From: Octopus sinensis
Lineage: Eukaryota
Assembly: GCF_006345805.1 (NCBI RefSeq)
Contig: NC_043014.1
Location: 24,862,001-24,926,000 of the forward strand
Reading direction: 5' to 3'
DNA length: 64,000 bases
How positions within the stretch are numbered: position 1 is the stretch's first letter; the number at the start of each line of letters is the position of its first letter. The notes under the pieces were generated by a model. That model was not told the DNA's origin. It worked only from the letters and a program-made list of their open reading frames with translations, and did no database searches. The translations under genes and the position numbers were made by a program. This document shows, in pieces, positions 1 to 13,385 of the stretch.

Positions 1-234
1 TGTCTCTCTTTTCCTTCTGGCACTTAATACTCATTTATCCTTTTCGCCTTTATTGTATCGACCGAGTGGTGTATTAAAGGAGCCATTCTCGTTACCTCTC
101 CTCGCACAGTCATTTACAAAGCTTTTGATAGTTTTATAGATATTTCAAAGTTATGATGCTAGGTGTTTCCATTATTTTGTCCAACCCGTATATATATATA
201 CACTACAACTTCAGAAAAAAATATTTTCAGCATA

Positions 235-2930
235 AAATACACACAATATAAATGCCAACATATTAATCCATATTTTCTATATATTTAATACCAAATCATG
301 TAATTCACACTCTGGAAAACGTATTACTGTAAAAATGTTGGTGGTGGGAGTGAAATTTCTTGGGGTTCCACTCCACCCCACCCCATTTTCTGGCTCCAAA
401 AAAGGGTTTTGTGGCATATCAGGACGTCACTGTAATTCATTCAATGAAAAAAAAAATTTTCCAACGATTCCTGGATGGGGGGGGGTCCGGTTTCCCACCC
501 CACCTTTTTTTTCCAAATAAAAATAAGGAGTTTGCGGCAATATTAGGAAATCGGGGTACTTGATTCCGTGCAAAAAATCCAAGTTTTTTTGTTTTGTTAG
601 TGAAAATCGTGCAGGTGTACTACCCAATTGGGGGTAGGGTGAAATTTTTGAGGGTTCATCCCTTTTTTCCGAATAAAAATAATGGGTTTGCGGCATATTA
701 GGAAGTCAGGGTACTTGATTCCATGCAAAATGTCCGAGTTTTTTTCTTAGTGAAAATTGTACGGGTGAAAATATGAAAATTTACTAAGGAATGGTGGAAG
801 TAAAGCACGTGCACATCACCCACTTCCAGTTCTTTTTTACCAAAATTTCTTCAGATTTCTATGTTTTCAATATAGAAGATTACAAGGTTAATGTTTACAA
901 TATTACCTGGAAATGAAATCAAAATAATGATAGTGCAATGGGTGTAAAAAAAAATGTGTAGGAAATGAATATGAAGACAAAAGTGCGCAGAAAGCAACGG
1001 GGTTGGGGTGGGGGAGAAGACTTCAGAAAATTCACAAGATCCGACTTTTTCCCTCATACCTTTTAGGAAAATGGGTTTCTTTTAATGAAATTTTTTATAA
1101 ATACCCTTCAAACGGCATAGATTACAATTATAAAGAAATCTGTGGGTAAAATCTTTTCCAAAGGGGTGGGGAAAGGACTTCGGAAAATTCACAAGATCCT
1201 ATTTTTTCCCTTGTATCTTTAAGGAAAATGGATATATTTTAATGAAATTGTATATATTCACCTTTCAAACGGCATGTATTACGGATGACTAATGTGCCGT
1301 AAACCCCCTATTTTTGTTCGGAAAAAAGGAAAGAAACTAAAATTATTGGAAAATGTTTTTTTTTTTCGATGAATGAATTACAGTGACCTAATATGCCACA
1401 ATCTGCAATTTAGGATTAATATATCCAGTGATTTTTAAGAGGTATGTAAGAGATATTTTATTTTAATGTTATAATTTTATTTGTTTCATACACACAAACA
1501 CTAACGTGGTTTTTGTAGGGATTTTGTATCATTCTTTCTCTCTCCTGTTACTATGTTACTTACTAATTTAACTTTAGCATTTTCACTTATTCTTTTCAAA
1601 CTTGTTTGAATTTTCGGTCTAATGTAATCTACACTCTAGAAAACGTATTTCTGCAAAATGTTATCTTAAAATATGAGTAAAGAAAAGGGGCTAATGCAGT
1701 TTCACACTTCACCTTCAAAACCACATTTATTGGGGTCCCCCCTCCTTTTCTTTTCGAGCAAACATAAGGGGTTTACAGTACATTAGGCATCCGTAATGTA
1801 TGTTGTTTGAAAGGTATTTTATATTCAATTTCATTAAAAGATATTTATTTTCGTTAAAGTTATGGGTGAAGACCTCAGATCTTGTGAATTTTTCAAAGTC
1901 CTCTCCTCACCCCCTCGGAAAAGATTTTACCTACACATTTCTTTATAACTGCGATGAATGCCGTTTGAAAGGTATTTATATAAAATTTCATTAAAAAAAA
2001 CTCATTTGCATATAAGTTATGAGGGAAAATCTCAGATCTTGTGAATATTCAGAAGTCCTCTCCCCCCACCACACCCCGTTGCTTTCTGCACATTTTTGTT
2101 TTTATATTCATTTCCTACACATTCTTTTACACCCGTTGCACTATGTTTTTTTTATTTTGTTTCTGGGTAAACATTAACCAAATACGATTTTGTCCCCAAA
2201 TCACATTTTCAGACTTTTAATGTACCCCTCCTCACTCCAATTTCTTAATTTTCAACTTTTTTACAATTTTTTTTAATCCACATAAAAAAAATATAGCAAT
2301 TTCGATTCTGGGAATTTTTTTTTTAAAGTTTTAATTTCTCTTAAAGAAACATTCAATGCCCCTTCTCCCACTTCACCCACCCATCACCTTTTCCCACTTT
2401 CAAAAAGCTAAAAAGTCTGCATGTGTACAATTCTACTGAAATAGCAGACATAAAAAATATCAGACCACCACTAGAAAACCCGACATACTAGATACAACAG
2501 CTAAATGACATCCTTTCTGAAAACACTTCCCCCGTTTTCAAAAAACCTAAAAGTGAAACATTCAGAACTTTTAGCTTTTTGAAAGTGCGGAGGTGATGGA
2601 TAGAAGTTGGGGAATGGTATTTGAGTGTTTCTTTAAGAAAAAATTTTTTTTAAATTGTTAAAGATTCATAATTTATATATTTTCTACATGGATTACAAGA
2701 AAAAATTTCAACAAAAGTTAAAAATTAAAAACTTTGAGTAAAGAGGGTGAAAATTTAAATTTTGAAAGCTTGTATGTTGGGCAAAACCCTAATCTCCTGT
2801 ATCAAAAGCATAGGAATCCGAAGAAATTTTTGAAAAAAAATAAGGTCGGTGGGGGTGCAAATGTCACCAACATATTAGAAACAACAGCTAAATGACACAT
2901 TTTCTGAAAAAACTTCCTTTTAAGTTTATA
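235..2930. repeat. Complex of nested, diverged inverted and tandem repeats (foldback-like non-coding relic)
   Basis: ~884-1330 is a diverged reverse complement of ~1743-2180, each arm holding a ~155-bp internal repeat (ttcacaagatc...tttcaaacggcat). ~2185-2420 is inverted against ~2565-2790. ~525-620 is directly repeated at ~685-770, and caacagctaaatgac occurs at ~2495 and ~2884. No coding motif recognised. Confidence 0.6.
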
Positions 2931-3779
2931 TCAAACATCAGGTTTTTCAATACGCTTATCACAAACGCAAATAAAAAAAATAAAAAAAGGTAATTTCAAT
3001 TGAAGTTGAGCGGTAATTTTGCATGTGCACATAGCAAGAAATAACGTAATTCATACTGAAGTTTTACTTTGACTGTATGCGTCTGTGTATGTGTGTGTGT
3101 GCAAAAGAAGTAATTTTTACATACCTTTCTTAATTCCAAAATAAGAAAATCTTGAACATTACTTCCAAAATTGTACATCAGCCATGTTTGTTAAGCCCCT
3201 AAGAACTAACTGTATGCAGGTATTTGTAGGCATGATCGTATAAGAGAAACATTTATGAAAATGTACACATAAATATTGTATCTCTACAGACCATGTTTGC
3301 AATTATCTATAATTGATAGCAAAGTGTGTATAAAATGAAATTAAATCCAGGTTTAGTCACAGATTGATGAAGTTAGTAAAGTTTTAACATTTTTGTGACA
3401 GCATTGTGTCTCAATACATTCTAATGCAAAAGTAAAAGAAAGAGATAATGCCACTCTCTCTTTGGAAGATAAATTAATTTTGGTATTGATAAAAAGGCAG
3501 AAAATACCAGAAGCAGGGAAGTGGAGCAGGAGACATAGCCTGCAAAATTAAGGAACAACGTATTTAGACTTATTTACTACCAAAGAATGGCATACCTTCA
3601 TGAGTAGCCCCCATCTGACTTTATTTCCCCATAACATATAGAAAAATGGATGCCTTTTAATGAATTTTTTTGTGATTGGGGTGTACAATATGCATTCCAT
3701 CATTTTCTAGTTTTCAGACAGTTGTGAGGAAAGAAAATTGAAGTAGTCCCACTTGTGTAGGTATGCCCCAAAAAGTACA

Positions 3780-4530
3780 GAGAAATATGTTATGAGAATT
3801 ATCGTTTACATACCTTTCGTGTTTTATGAAGGTCTTATAATTCACCCATGCTCAGTCACATGTCATGTTATAAAGATCTGTATACATGGCCTCGTCAGTG
3901 TGCGACCATTGCATATCTCCACTCATTTAGTACACTCTGTACAGAGGGCGGTATTAATCATAGAGAAAACATTATTTCATCACTAAATAAACATAAGTTG
4001 AATAAATATTACTATGATAAAATAAGTATCCTAATAATAAGGTTGTGGTCTTAAAAAGTTGCAATTGTAGGGATAAAAATAACTATGAAATTAAAGGTAG
4101 ATGTAATTTAACTAATGTAGTATATAAATGTGTGGTTTCTGTAAACGAAGATAAGAATGAATTAAGCAAAATAATTAATAATAATATGAATATTGAAAGA
4201 AGTTCAGATAGAACATATATTGGTTCGACATTGAATAATATTAAACAACAAATAGCACAGCATATGAATTCATTTAAAAATAAGAAATTAATGAACTCGA
4301 CAGGCTTAAGTAAATACATTTGGAGTCTAAAATCGAAAGAAATTGAATATAAACTAAAGTGGGAGATAATAAGAAAAACCAAATCGTATAGAATTGGGAA
4401 TAGACTATGTCTGTTGTGTACCCATGAATTCATGGAGATATTATGGGCTAAAACAAAACTACTTAATGCACAGGATGGAAGAAAAATTAAATGTAAACAC
4501 AAACTGAAGTGGTTAATTAATAAAGTCTAA
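3780..4530 (+). mobile_element. 5'-truncated Penelope-like element (CxC/GLYRDD-type lineage, probably Hydra clade)
   Basis: Linker remnant NIISSLNKHKL precedes the GIY-YIG ORF at 4045-4530. No RT seen upstream. Confidence 0.75.
4045..4530 (+). pseudogene. PLE GIY-YIG endonuclease domain
   Basis: CNC motif, VVYKC...TYIG, QIAQH..SF, TGLSKYIWSLK, LKWEI, CLLC..E, LLN and KCKH motifs. Confidence 0.85.
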
Positions 4531-5484
4531 CCCTCAAGCAAATAAACAAAAATTGATTGTTAGAAATTACTATTAGATACTGTTATTTAAATTTAACTTG
4601 CTATTTGAGTGTGGGGCATGATAGTTGAGCATTCGTGGGACGGGTGGGTGAATAAAAATAAAAAAAAGGATGGATAGTTCCCATAATGCTTTTATTTCCT
4701 GTCCCACTGTCAGTAATATGCTAATAACATAATAGTTTAAATGAAGCAGTAAGATGTATGAGTATAAACACTTTCACAGAACCTTGCAGTGTAAATTGGA
4801 ACTAGCTCAATTTAAGGCCATGATATCCAGGGGTAGATGGAAAATACATTTCTTTTACATTCTAACCTTTACATTTTAAATTAAGTTCATTATATTAATT
4901 TATAAATTAATTCCTTCATATATATTTAAAAAATTTTTTCATTTTCAAATGTTTCTCTTTATATTTTTTTCCATATATTTTTCATACCTTTTCATATCTT
5001 CATTTGTATTTTTCGCGTAAAATTCACCTGAATTTTTGTCATTCATATTAGTTTCCATTCGTTTCTTATTCATCCTCATCATTTGGATACATATATCTTT
5101 TTAATTTTTTCATTCTTATAATTTTATATTTTTTTCTCATTAGTATATATTTTTTTGGCAATCGTATATATTTTCTCATTTGTATATATTTTTAATTTAT
5201 ATAAATTTTTTTAGGCGTAATTCACATCTAATTCTTAAATTAATTATGGCTTAAACAGCAGGATTCAACGAATTTATTTACACATATATATGTTTTGACA
5301 TACCAGAAATTTATTTATACATCTGTATAGTTTGAAGTACCTATAAGTTTAAATATATAACGATAGATAAAGAAGATTGGGGTTGTATATAAGGGGAGGT
5401 TCTGTAAGAGACTGGGTGTCCCAAGAACTTAGTATACAACCGCATGATACACCTGTAGTCAACAACTTTGAACATGAATAGTAA

Positions 5485-5520
5485 GTGACGTTAAACGATG
5501 ATGATGATGATGATGATGAC
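5485..5520 (+). mobile_element. RTE-type 3' terminus remnant
   Basis: gacgttaaacgatgatgatgatg matches the tail of the RTE ending at ~17960. Confidence 0.55.
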
Positions 5521-5725
5521 TGAATTTATATTCTGATTTGATGAATTTATGGGGATTTCTGTCTCTAATGATACTTTGATATATATGTATTTATTTATTG
5601 AGAATAATTCAACTTAATATTCTTAACTTGAATATCTCATCCCTGTGATGCTGGAATTGATATTCCCTTATTATTAATTATTATTATTATTATATATATA
5701 TTATGTGTGTGTGTATATATATATA

Positions 5726-5778
<53 letters not shown>

Positions 5779-5799
5779 GTATGTATGTATGTATATGTT

Positions 5800-6012
5800 T
5801 GTGTATGTGTGTTTGTCCCCCAACATGGCTTGACAACCAGTGCTAGTTTGTTTATGTCCCCATAACTTAGTGGTTCGGCAAAAGAGACTGATAGAATTAG
5901 TACTAGGCTTACAAAGAATAAGTTCTGGGGTCAATTTGCTTGACTAAAGGCAGTGCTCCAGCATGGCCACAGTCAAATGACTGAAGCAGCCAAAAGAATA
6001 AAAGAATAAGTA
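5800..6012 (+). mobile_element. Octopus-type SINE, 3' half
   Basis: cttgacaacc...aacttagtggttcggcaaaagagactgatagaa...ctccagcatggccacagtcaaatgactgaa is homologous to 53590-53750 and 8555-8722. Confidence 0.75.
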
Positions 6013-6155
6013 AAGAGTGTATATGTTCACATACTACACACATGAATACATGCTCCAGCTCTTTTTTATGCATACTCATGCCTATGCATTACCTTACTGA
6101 AAGTAATAGCCATTAATTTATAGTAAGTAATTGTGTTTACACACACACACATTCA

Positions 6156-7411
6156 AAGGCAGGTGAGCTGAAAAATTTTATAAGCTGATCAAGATACTCC
6201 AATGGAGTATGACCAAATGAGGTTTATTTTTCAATATAGTCCTCCTTGTAGTCCACACAGTTCTTCCATCGGTGTTGTAGAGCTTAGATCCCATTGGTGA
6301 AGCTTTCATCTTGCTGGTCAAAAAAGTCATCAGCAGCAGATATGATGTCATCATCACTGTGTTTTTTTTCATTTTGGGGAAGAAATGATAGTTATAAATC
6401 AGGAGAATAAGGAGGGTAGTCAACCAGTTCAAAGCTGCAATCACCTACAACAGCCATTAAAAGCAAGAGTTTGTGCACTGGAACGTTGTTTTGGTGAAAC
6501 AAGATTCCTTTGGCATTCGGTCATAATAGCCTTTCATAACTGCCTCAGCATTTTGGTGTAGCACTCTCCATTGATGATGTAACTCTTTTGAAGGTAGTCA
6601 ATAAATACAATGCTTTTTGCATGCCAAAAACAGCTGAGGCCATCATCTTCCCTGCAGATGAAACAACCTTGGTTTTTTTTGAGCAGGTGAAGAGGGATGT
6701 TTCCACTGCATGGATTGATTCTTTGTCACTGGCTCAAAGTGATGAAGTCAACACTCATCGTGGGTTAGAAAACGTTCAAGAAAAACAGCAGGATCTACCT
6801 ACAATAATGTCAGATTTTGCCATGATGTGATCAGCTTGGTGTGTTTTTGATTAAGTATCTGAAGACGTGGCTGCCGTTGAGCAGAAATTTTCATCATACT
6901 AAAATCATTGTGTAGAATATTCTCAACTCTCTCACAGGACATGCTAATAGCATTGGCTGTTTGAGTTATTGTCAATCGTCTGTCATCTATCAGCTTATGG
7001 TGAAGATGTTCAATGTATTTCTCGATAGTGAGAGTTGCAGGGTGTCCAGACCTTCGATCATCTTCAAGTGTTTCTCTTCTCTTCTTAAATTCAGCTACTC
7101 ACTTTTGCACTGTTGATAAAGCTGGAGCATCATCCCCAAATGTAGCAAACATGTCAGCATAAATTTCTTGGGGATTAAACCATTTTTCTGTAAGCACGTG
7201 ATGACAGCACAATGTCAAATATTGTCAATTTTCCAGACAAGTTGCTACTATTTACTTTTGGAGTCTTTTTTGAACAGTTAGATGTCAGTTTACCTGAAAC
7301 TAAAGAATACAATTATTAATAAGAGGAACAGAAATTAATACAAACAAGATTTCATAGCTCTAGCTTCACTACTTCATAATCAGCCTATGAATGTTTCAGC
7401 CCACCCTCATA
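6156..7411 (-). mobile_element. Decayed full-length mariner (DD34D-type) DNA transposon
   Basis: TIR-like ends ggtgagctgaaaaattttataagctga (6156-6188) and tcagcctatgaatgtttcagcccaccctcata (7380-7411), ~1.25 kb apart. Minus-strand remnants QSMQWKH, SAGKMMA, GILFHQNN.PVH and YPPYSPDL, broken by stops and frameshifts. Confidence 0.85.
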
Positions 7412-7727
7412 TGTATGTATGTATGTATGTATGTGTCATTGTAGTTTATGTTTTTTATTGTTGTCAAAGATGTTCTGTGACCATGCTATCTTTTTGTTTT
7501 TCAGTCTTATAGTTTATATAGGGCTACATTATGTCCTTCCTTATTTTTTTTTAAAGACCAGATTGGATTTCAAAGGTATTATGCGGTACTTATTTCTAGC
7601 AAATCTTTAACTGTATAAGAAACCATTCTGTTGACTCCAAGCATTTACAAAAGGAAATGTATGTATGTAAGTATGTATGTATGTATGTAAGTATGTATGT
7701 AAGTATGTATGTATGTATGTATGTATG

Positions 7728-8281
7728 TCAGGTCACTTTCGAGTGCTACTGGTAACATGTAACCCAGTACAACATGTTGCATGGCCAGGTCGTCGGCGAC
7801 TAAACCGGCAACCCCACCAAGCTTGCTTGGTGAGGAGGGTGTTTATTGGACATCCTGCAGGATGAAAAGCAAAACCCGTCAAAGGGCGGAGGAACTCTTG
7901 AGAGTCAACGGCCATCCAATAAATGTCTTAAGGCTGTATCATGCGCGGAGACATAGAAATAATCGGACTGAATACCCGATCGCGCGGTTAAACCATTGGG
8001 AGTGAAGGACTCCTAGCCTTTGTTAGGGCATCCTTCTAGGAGAAGGTAACTCAGGTAACTGGGATTACTCCAACATAAAACCTGCGGCTTAGTGGTTACA
8101 GATGATGTTGACTTGTTCTTCTTTTCGGATTATGGCTGCTGTTGCTTAGTGAGTGGGATTGATTCAGTGCACAGCCTTTCCTCACTTTAAAAAAAAATCT
8201 TCTTGCACAGGCATTGCACGATAACAACATTGACTAAACTTCGTGCAATGGCCATACTCAATAACGAGGGAGCAGCCACCA
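7728..8281 (+). mobile_element. Isolated, highly structured 5' leader, probably an RTE LINE 5' UTR
   Basis: GC-balanced island between two (TATG)n tracts. Contains gggcatccttctaggagaaggtaactc, similar to an RTE leader motif recalled from memory, plus many hairpins. No ORF follows. Confidence 0.4.
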
Positions 8282-8554
8282 TGTATGTATGTATGTATGT
8301 ATGTATGTATGTATGTATGTATGTATGTATGTATGTATGCATATATAGATAGGCATACCTGCATGCATTCATTCATGCATTTTTATGTGTATGTATGTCT
8401 GTACCCATATGAATAAGTAATTTTGTGCACATCCATGCATGTATGTGTATAAACACCCACCCACACAAACAAACATATGTGCATGCAAGTGTGAGTACAC
8501 ATGTGCATGCATGTGTTTTAGTTCTAGGTATTTGCACACATGGTTAAACACTAC

Positions 8555-8722
8555 CACCACTTGACATCTTGTGCTGGTTGTTTATGTCCCCCGTAACTTA
8601 GCAGCTTGACAAAATAGACCTATAGAATAATTACTTGGGGTTGATTTGTTCGACTAAAACTCTTCAAGATAGTGCCCCAGCATGGCTGCATTCAAATGAC
8701 TGAAACAAGTAAGAGATAAAAA
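8555..8722 (+). mobile_element. Octopus-type SINE, 3' part
   Basis: gtcccccgtaacttagc...ggggttgatttgttcgactaaa...ccccagcatggctgcattcaaatgactgaaacaag. Confidence 0.7.
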
Positions 8723-9349
8723 ATATATATATGTGCAGATTCCTGTCTATAAGCATGTGTGTGTATGCAAGCATACATGCATGCATGCAAGTGTGTGTGT
8801 ATAAACATTAAACAAGGTGATGCGTATGTAAAATGTAGTAATAATAAAAGATAAAAAACTATAAAAGAATAAAATTAAAAAATAAGAAAATATAGAAAAA
8901 TAACATGGGCCCTCAAATGAAGTATACAAGGATTTAAAATATATGTATATATACATAAACATACATGCACACATATATACATATTTATAAATGTTCCTAT
9001 ATACAGATATATATATATACATATATATGCATACATATATTTATACATACACCCTCATACACATGCTTATGTGCACATACACATAGCTGAATAAATAAAA
9101 AGGTAGATTAACTAGAAAGTATGATGAAATAATAAAGGATACAAAGAAGGGTAAACCTCTCCACCCACAAAAGGAAACGATCTATTACAGGCAAAAGTTT
9201 GGAATGAAAAGAAAACCAAAGTAACCTAGTTTTATGGGAAGGTCAGAAACACTGAAGGGATGGATAGCTAAGGTAGGGAAATAAATATTTATACCTTAAG
9301 AATGTATTATCTAATCAATGTCAACAGTTTATCAACAGACTGCTATGCT

Positions 9350-11012
9350 TAACACCATCTTTACATTGCATAATAATGGAAAAATTCAGCAATGCAGAGT
9401 GAACACTTCTTGCTATATCCAATATATGGTCTAGTGTATTTAACAATGGACCATTTGATATTGTAATCCACTGAATTCTGATTTAAATTATGGATTAGTC
9501 TAGACAAAGAGGTACAATTAGCCCTAGCCACCAACTGAAAGCTAGGGTAGTGGTTATGCCACCTCTCCTTGAAATGTGTACTGCACAAACTGACATAGGC
9601 AAACCAAGAATGATCTGTAGATACTGTGCACTTATATACAATGTTCTTGGTGAGACATTTATTATCTTACCAAGGGCAGGAGGCTAGGTATTTGATGTTA
9701 GTTTTGTCACGGACGCTATAGGGGTATTAAAGCAGCTATCTGTTCCTGATGCCATATGGGCATTAAAGGGGCCACCTGTCCTAGTGTTATGAGGTGCTGT
9801 GAAGGTAGTAATGAGAGAGCTATCCTGCTGATTTAATTAACAGATGTTGTCGTTGCCGATAACATTATTTCCATTATCCACTGCATTTGCATAAATGGAT
9901 CTGAAAATCAGTTATATGTGGTGAGCGGTGCATCTGATCCAGCATTATTAGGGTAGATGTCTGTTTTAGTGTTAGTGTGAGATGGATTTGTAAAGTTACT
10001 AAGCATGGGTCAAGGGTTAGTTTGTATCCTATTAATATTTTTGCTAACATTCATATCTGAATTAAGTAATTTTCTTTTATTTAGATGGCAAATAATGCTG
10101 GTTATATTGCATGTGATGGGATAGGACAGCTTAATAGATTTAGGGTTAACTATTTTTCTAAATATGCTGAATCTAGGGAAGTGTTTTTCTAATAGAATGA
10201 AGCATTGTATAGGTATCCTACTTTGGATATTAAGGGCAAAGGTGGGAGGACCAAATTATGGCATGAACTCTAGTATGCCCGCTGCATTTCATGGGGCTAC
10301 CACAGTATGGTTTAGGATAGGAAGGCAAATATTAATAGGAATGCCCATGGGTGGAAGCAGAGTTCAGGCATAGGATCCTAATATTAGAGGGGTGTTTATT
10401 GGGCTTAATACGATAATTATGCTTAAGGGTTTAATATGGGTGGTGGAGTGAGGATACCTTCAGTATCTGCTGTAGAGATAGAGCTATATTCGGTGCCAGG
10501 TAGTGAAGGACAAGAGTCACTCCAAATTAGATAATACTTAATTATGTTACTATAGCTAGTACTGCTGAGAGCACTGTTATAACATTCAGCATATTGGTCA
10601 AATATCACCTTATTAGCTAATAGTGAAGAAATTCTATAAGAGACATGGTCTACAATAGAGTTAAGGACTGAGATGTGTGATTGCAGTGGAAGATTACATA
10701 GTTAAGGTTCTCATCCGATTTGTGGAATGGATGGAAAGAGTCATTATGGAGATCTAAGGTAACATCTAGGAAGTTGGTGGTTCTAAGTTAGGAGTAAAAG
10801 AGACATTAAAGCCCACGTTCTTGAAGAAGAATCTTGTTCTTTTTCTATTCTGCTCAACTTCTGTTACTACAGCCCTGGACTGTGAATAGAGCATCATTCT
10901 TGTAGAGACCACTGAAAGGGGAAACTATCCCACAGACAGTAGAGTAAATAACATCCCACAAGATCAGTAACCTGGGCCTAGTTGCTAGACCCCCAACAAA
11001 ATGTCTAAATAA
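9350..11012 (-). mobile_element. Decayed Penelope-like element (GLYRDD-type, probably Hydra clade): RT 3' half, linker and GIY-YIG
   Basis: Minus-strand motifs in order: AQVTDLVG (~10960), GLYKNDAL (~10900, from GLYRDDGL), NFLDVTLDL, HCNH, IFDQYAECYNSAL, GPPTF...KHFP...KLSY...NITSII (10260-10075), IVYKCTV...AYV (~9640), FKERWHNH, TSLSRLI, KWSI, CSLC. Confidence 0.85.
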
Positions 11013-11570
11013 CACTGGTCAACAAAATGAAACTTTTTTTAATCAGAGTTGCTGATTGACATTTCTGGGTTAATATTTGATGTTGATTACGAATCTGAAG
11101 TTCGATTTCCTCTATCAGGTCACATTTAACTTATAGGATACATAAAGCATGTCTATATAACGTATATTGAATACAAGATACGATAATTTCATGGCTTTTT
11201 ATTGTAGAAAATTTAAATTATTGTGTACAAATAAGTCAGAATACACTCAAATGCATGACAACTTAAAATCTTTGGGATTTGGACTTTCTATGGTGTTTTG
11301 TCTCAGGTTCATCCCTGTATAACAGCCAACAGTAGCCAGCTAACATTACTGCATTCCAAAATCCTTGATATCTTTGTTCCATCGATGCAATATCTTGATG
11401 AAAGCATTCCCCTTGCTCACCAGACACTGCTCCAAGATTCTCTGCAAAAAAGTCCAGATGTGAATCAAAGAAATGGACTTTTAGTGATATCTGACATCCC
11501 ATTGCAGCATAGGAGTCTAGAAGACATTTCATTCCTTTTCTAAACATATATAAATACTCCTCTATTTATC
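11013..11570 (-). mobile_element. DNA transposon relic, transposase C-terminus plus one end (Chapaev3/CMC-like)
   Basis: ORF 11263-11547: GCQISLKVHFFDSHLDFFAENLGAVSGEQGECFHQDI...RYQG.W...LAGYCW. The terminus begins cactggtcaacaaaa at 11013. Superfamily name recalled from memory. Confidence 0.65.
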
Positions 11571-11603
11571 TAATATCAAGGTCTCGTTCTTTTCTTGTTA
11601 CTT

Positions 11604-11980
11604 TTTATTATTATTATTATTATCAGTATTGTTATTATTCAGTAGTATATTTTTTATATCGTGCTTTCACTTCACTACCAAGCGCAGCTCTGTGTGCCTT
11701 GGGTATGTGCTGTGATTTGTTGTGATGCTCTGATGGTTATTGTATGGAATGTGTTCTGCGTAGGATGTGTGCAGTGCCTAGTAGTGCAATTTTCTGTATG
11801 TTATATGTGTTTGTAAGTCCTGGTGTTTTTGTTATGTATTTGTCTGAATATTTTTTTTATCATGCCTAATGCACCTATTATGATAGGAATTGTTTCTGTT
11901 TTTAGATTCCACATTCTGGTTACCTCTATTTCCAGGTCTTTGTATTTTGAAAGTTTCTCCATTTCTTTTAGAAACACAAG
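11604..11980 (-). mobile_element. 3' end of an R4/Dong-type (restriction-like endonuclease) non-LTR retrotransposon
   Basis: Minus strand reads EKLSKYKDLEIEVTRMWNLKTETIPIIIGALG...IQKIALLGTAHILRR, stop at ~11737, then a short UTR and (TAA)n tail. Confidence 0.85.
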
Positions 11981-12047
11981 AATTTTTTGCGTAATAAGAT
12001 AAAAAAACCAAGGCTGTATAGATATTAGAGCATTTATAGATAGAAGG

Positions 12048-12097
12048 TTTTACAGCTGTTTCTAGGATATTAATTAATAATATCCCTTCATCGGAAA
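12048..12097 (-). ncRNA. Type-I hammerhead ribozyme motif, variant core
   Basis: UUU-CCGAUGA-stem II(aGGGAUAUUA/UAAUAUCCUa)-GAAAC-AGCU-GUA-AAA. Weak 3-bp stem I and an A.A mismatch at the base of stem II. Confidence 0.55.
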
Positions 12098-13385
12098 TAG
12101 TGTGAGAGGAAAATTAAGTTATAGTTAGTTTAGATGTGATACAAAATAGAGAGTGAGGTGGAGGAAAGAAAATAGATGTAAGATATGTATGGGTATTGAA
12201 GTTGTAAATCCATTTCATAGGCATGATGGTATATATGCAATATTCCAATATCCTTTGAGTAAAATCCTAAAGTCCAGCAGAGTTTAAAATTAGTCCTTCC
12301 AAATATAGAGTTTATAAGCAATGTTAGATTCCCTTGTGAGTGAGATCCAGCAGATTTTAAAACTTGGTCATTCCCAGTAGGGAATTTATATACAGTGTTG
12401 CAGAGTCAAAGGTTTGTATTTAAAATGACCCAAAATAGGGAGTGTATTAGTATAGTTAAATTGAAAACAGGAAGAGAGGAATGAAATAAAGAGAAAAAAA
12501 AAAGGAAGAGAAAAAAGAGGAGAGAAAGAAAAAATTATCACTGTTCTCTTTGATTTTATAAAAGACAAATTTAGCTGGGACAAAATGAGTAAGACAAGAT
12601 AATGTAAATTTGCTGCTTCAATTCTCCAGAAAACAGACTCATACACACCAATATCCATCCCTGTATATCAAAAAAGATCAGAAATGCAAAAAAAAAAAAA
12701 AGAAGAAAAATTCTAGGTCAATTGAAAGAGGGTTGGGGAAAAATGGTACATGATATGAAACCGATAAAATTTGACTAAATAAATAAAAAAAACTCTGCAT
12801 AAAATATTCTCTATAACTTCTTCCCAATCTACAGAAATATCTCTCTTCATGATATATTTACACACCATGCCAGTAAAAAGAAGAAATTAGTGAAATTAGT
12901 CTTTATTCATTTGACCCAATTTTAGAAATCATTTCCTGAAATTTGAAAATGCTCAAATTAGTGTAGGGAAAAAATTGACTTAGAATCCAACTGAGAGAAG
13001 AACATTGATTGTTAGATACCAAAAATTGTCCAGTTATTTTATTAGTAACCTCAATTACAATCATGTCAAAGTTGAGGAAAAATTGCTTGAAAAATAAATA
13101 CCTGTTATTTGACTATACTTCAAACTCTCTCAAATTCAACAACTATGCTGACCAAATTTTACTCCTAAATATAATGTAGCAATACAAAATGATGATGCAA
13201 TACTTGCAATGTAATAATTTCAAACAAGTTGGGAAAAAATAATAAAAAATTAGAAATTACTCATCCCATCCTGGTTAATATTTTTGCCCTATCCCCACCC
13301 CTATATATATATATATATATATAGATAGATACACACACATATATATATATATATGTATGTATATATACATATACACACATGCACA

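Noticed and set aside
7731-7812. Complete HDV-like ribozyme
   Set aside because: P1 pairs only ~5 bp and L3 would be 19 nt; left as an open candidate in findings.
12540-12660. Possible minus-strand host exon after a pyrimidine tract and CAG at ~12660
   Set aside because: No convincing donor, no recognisable protein motif and no partner exons seen.
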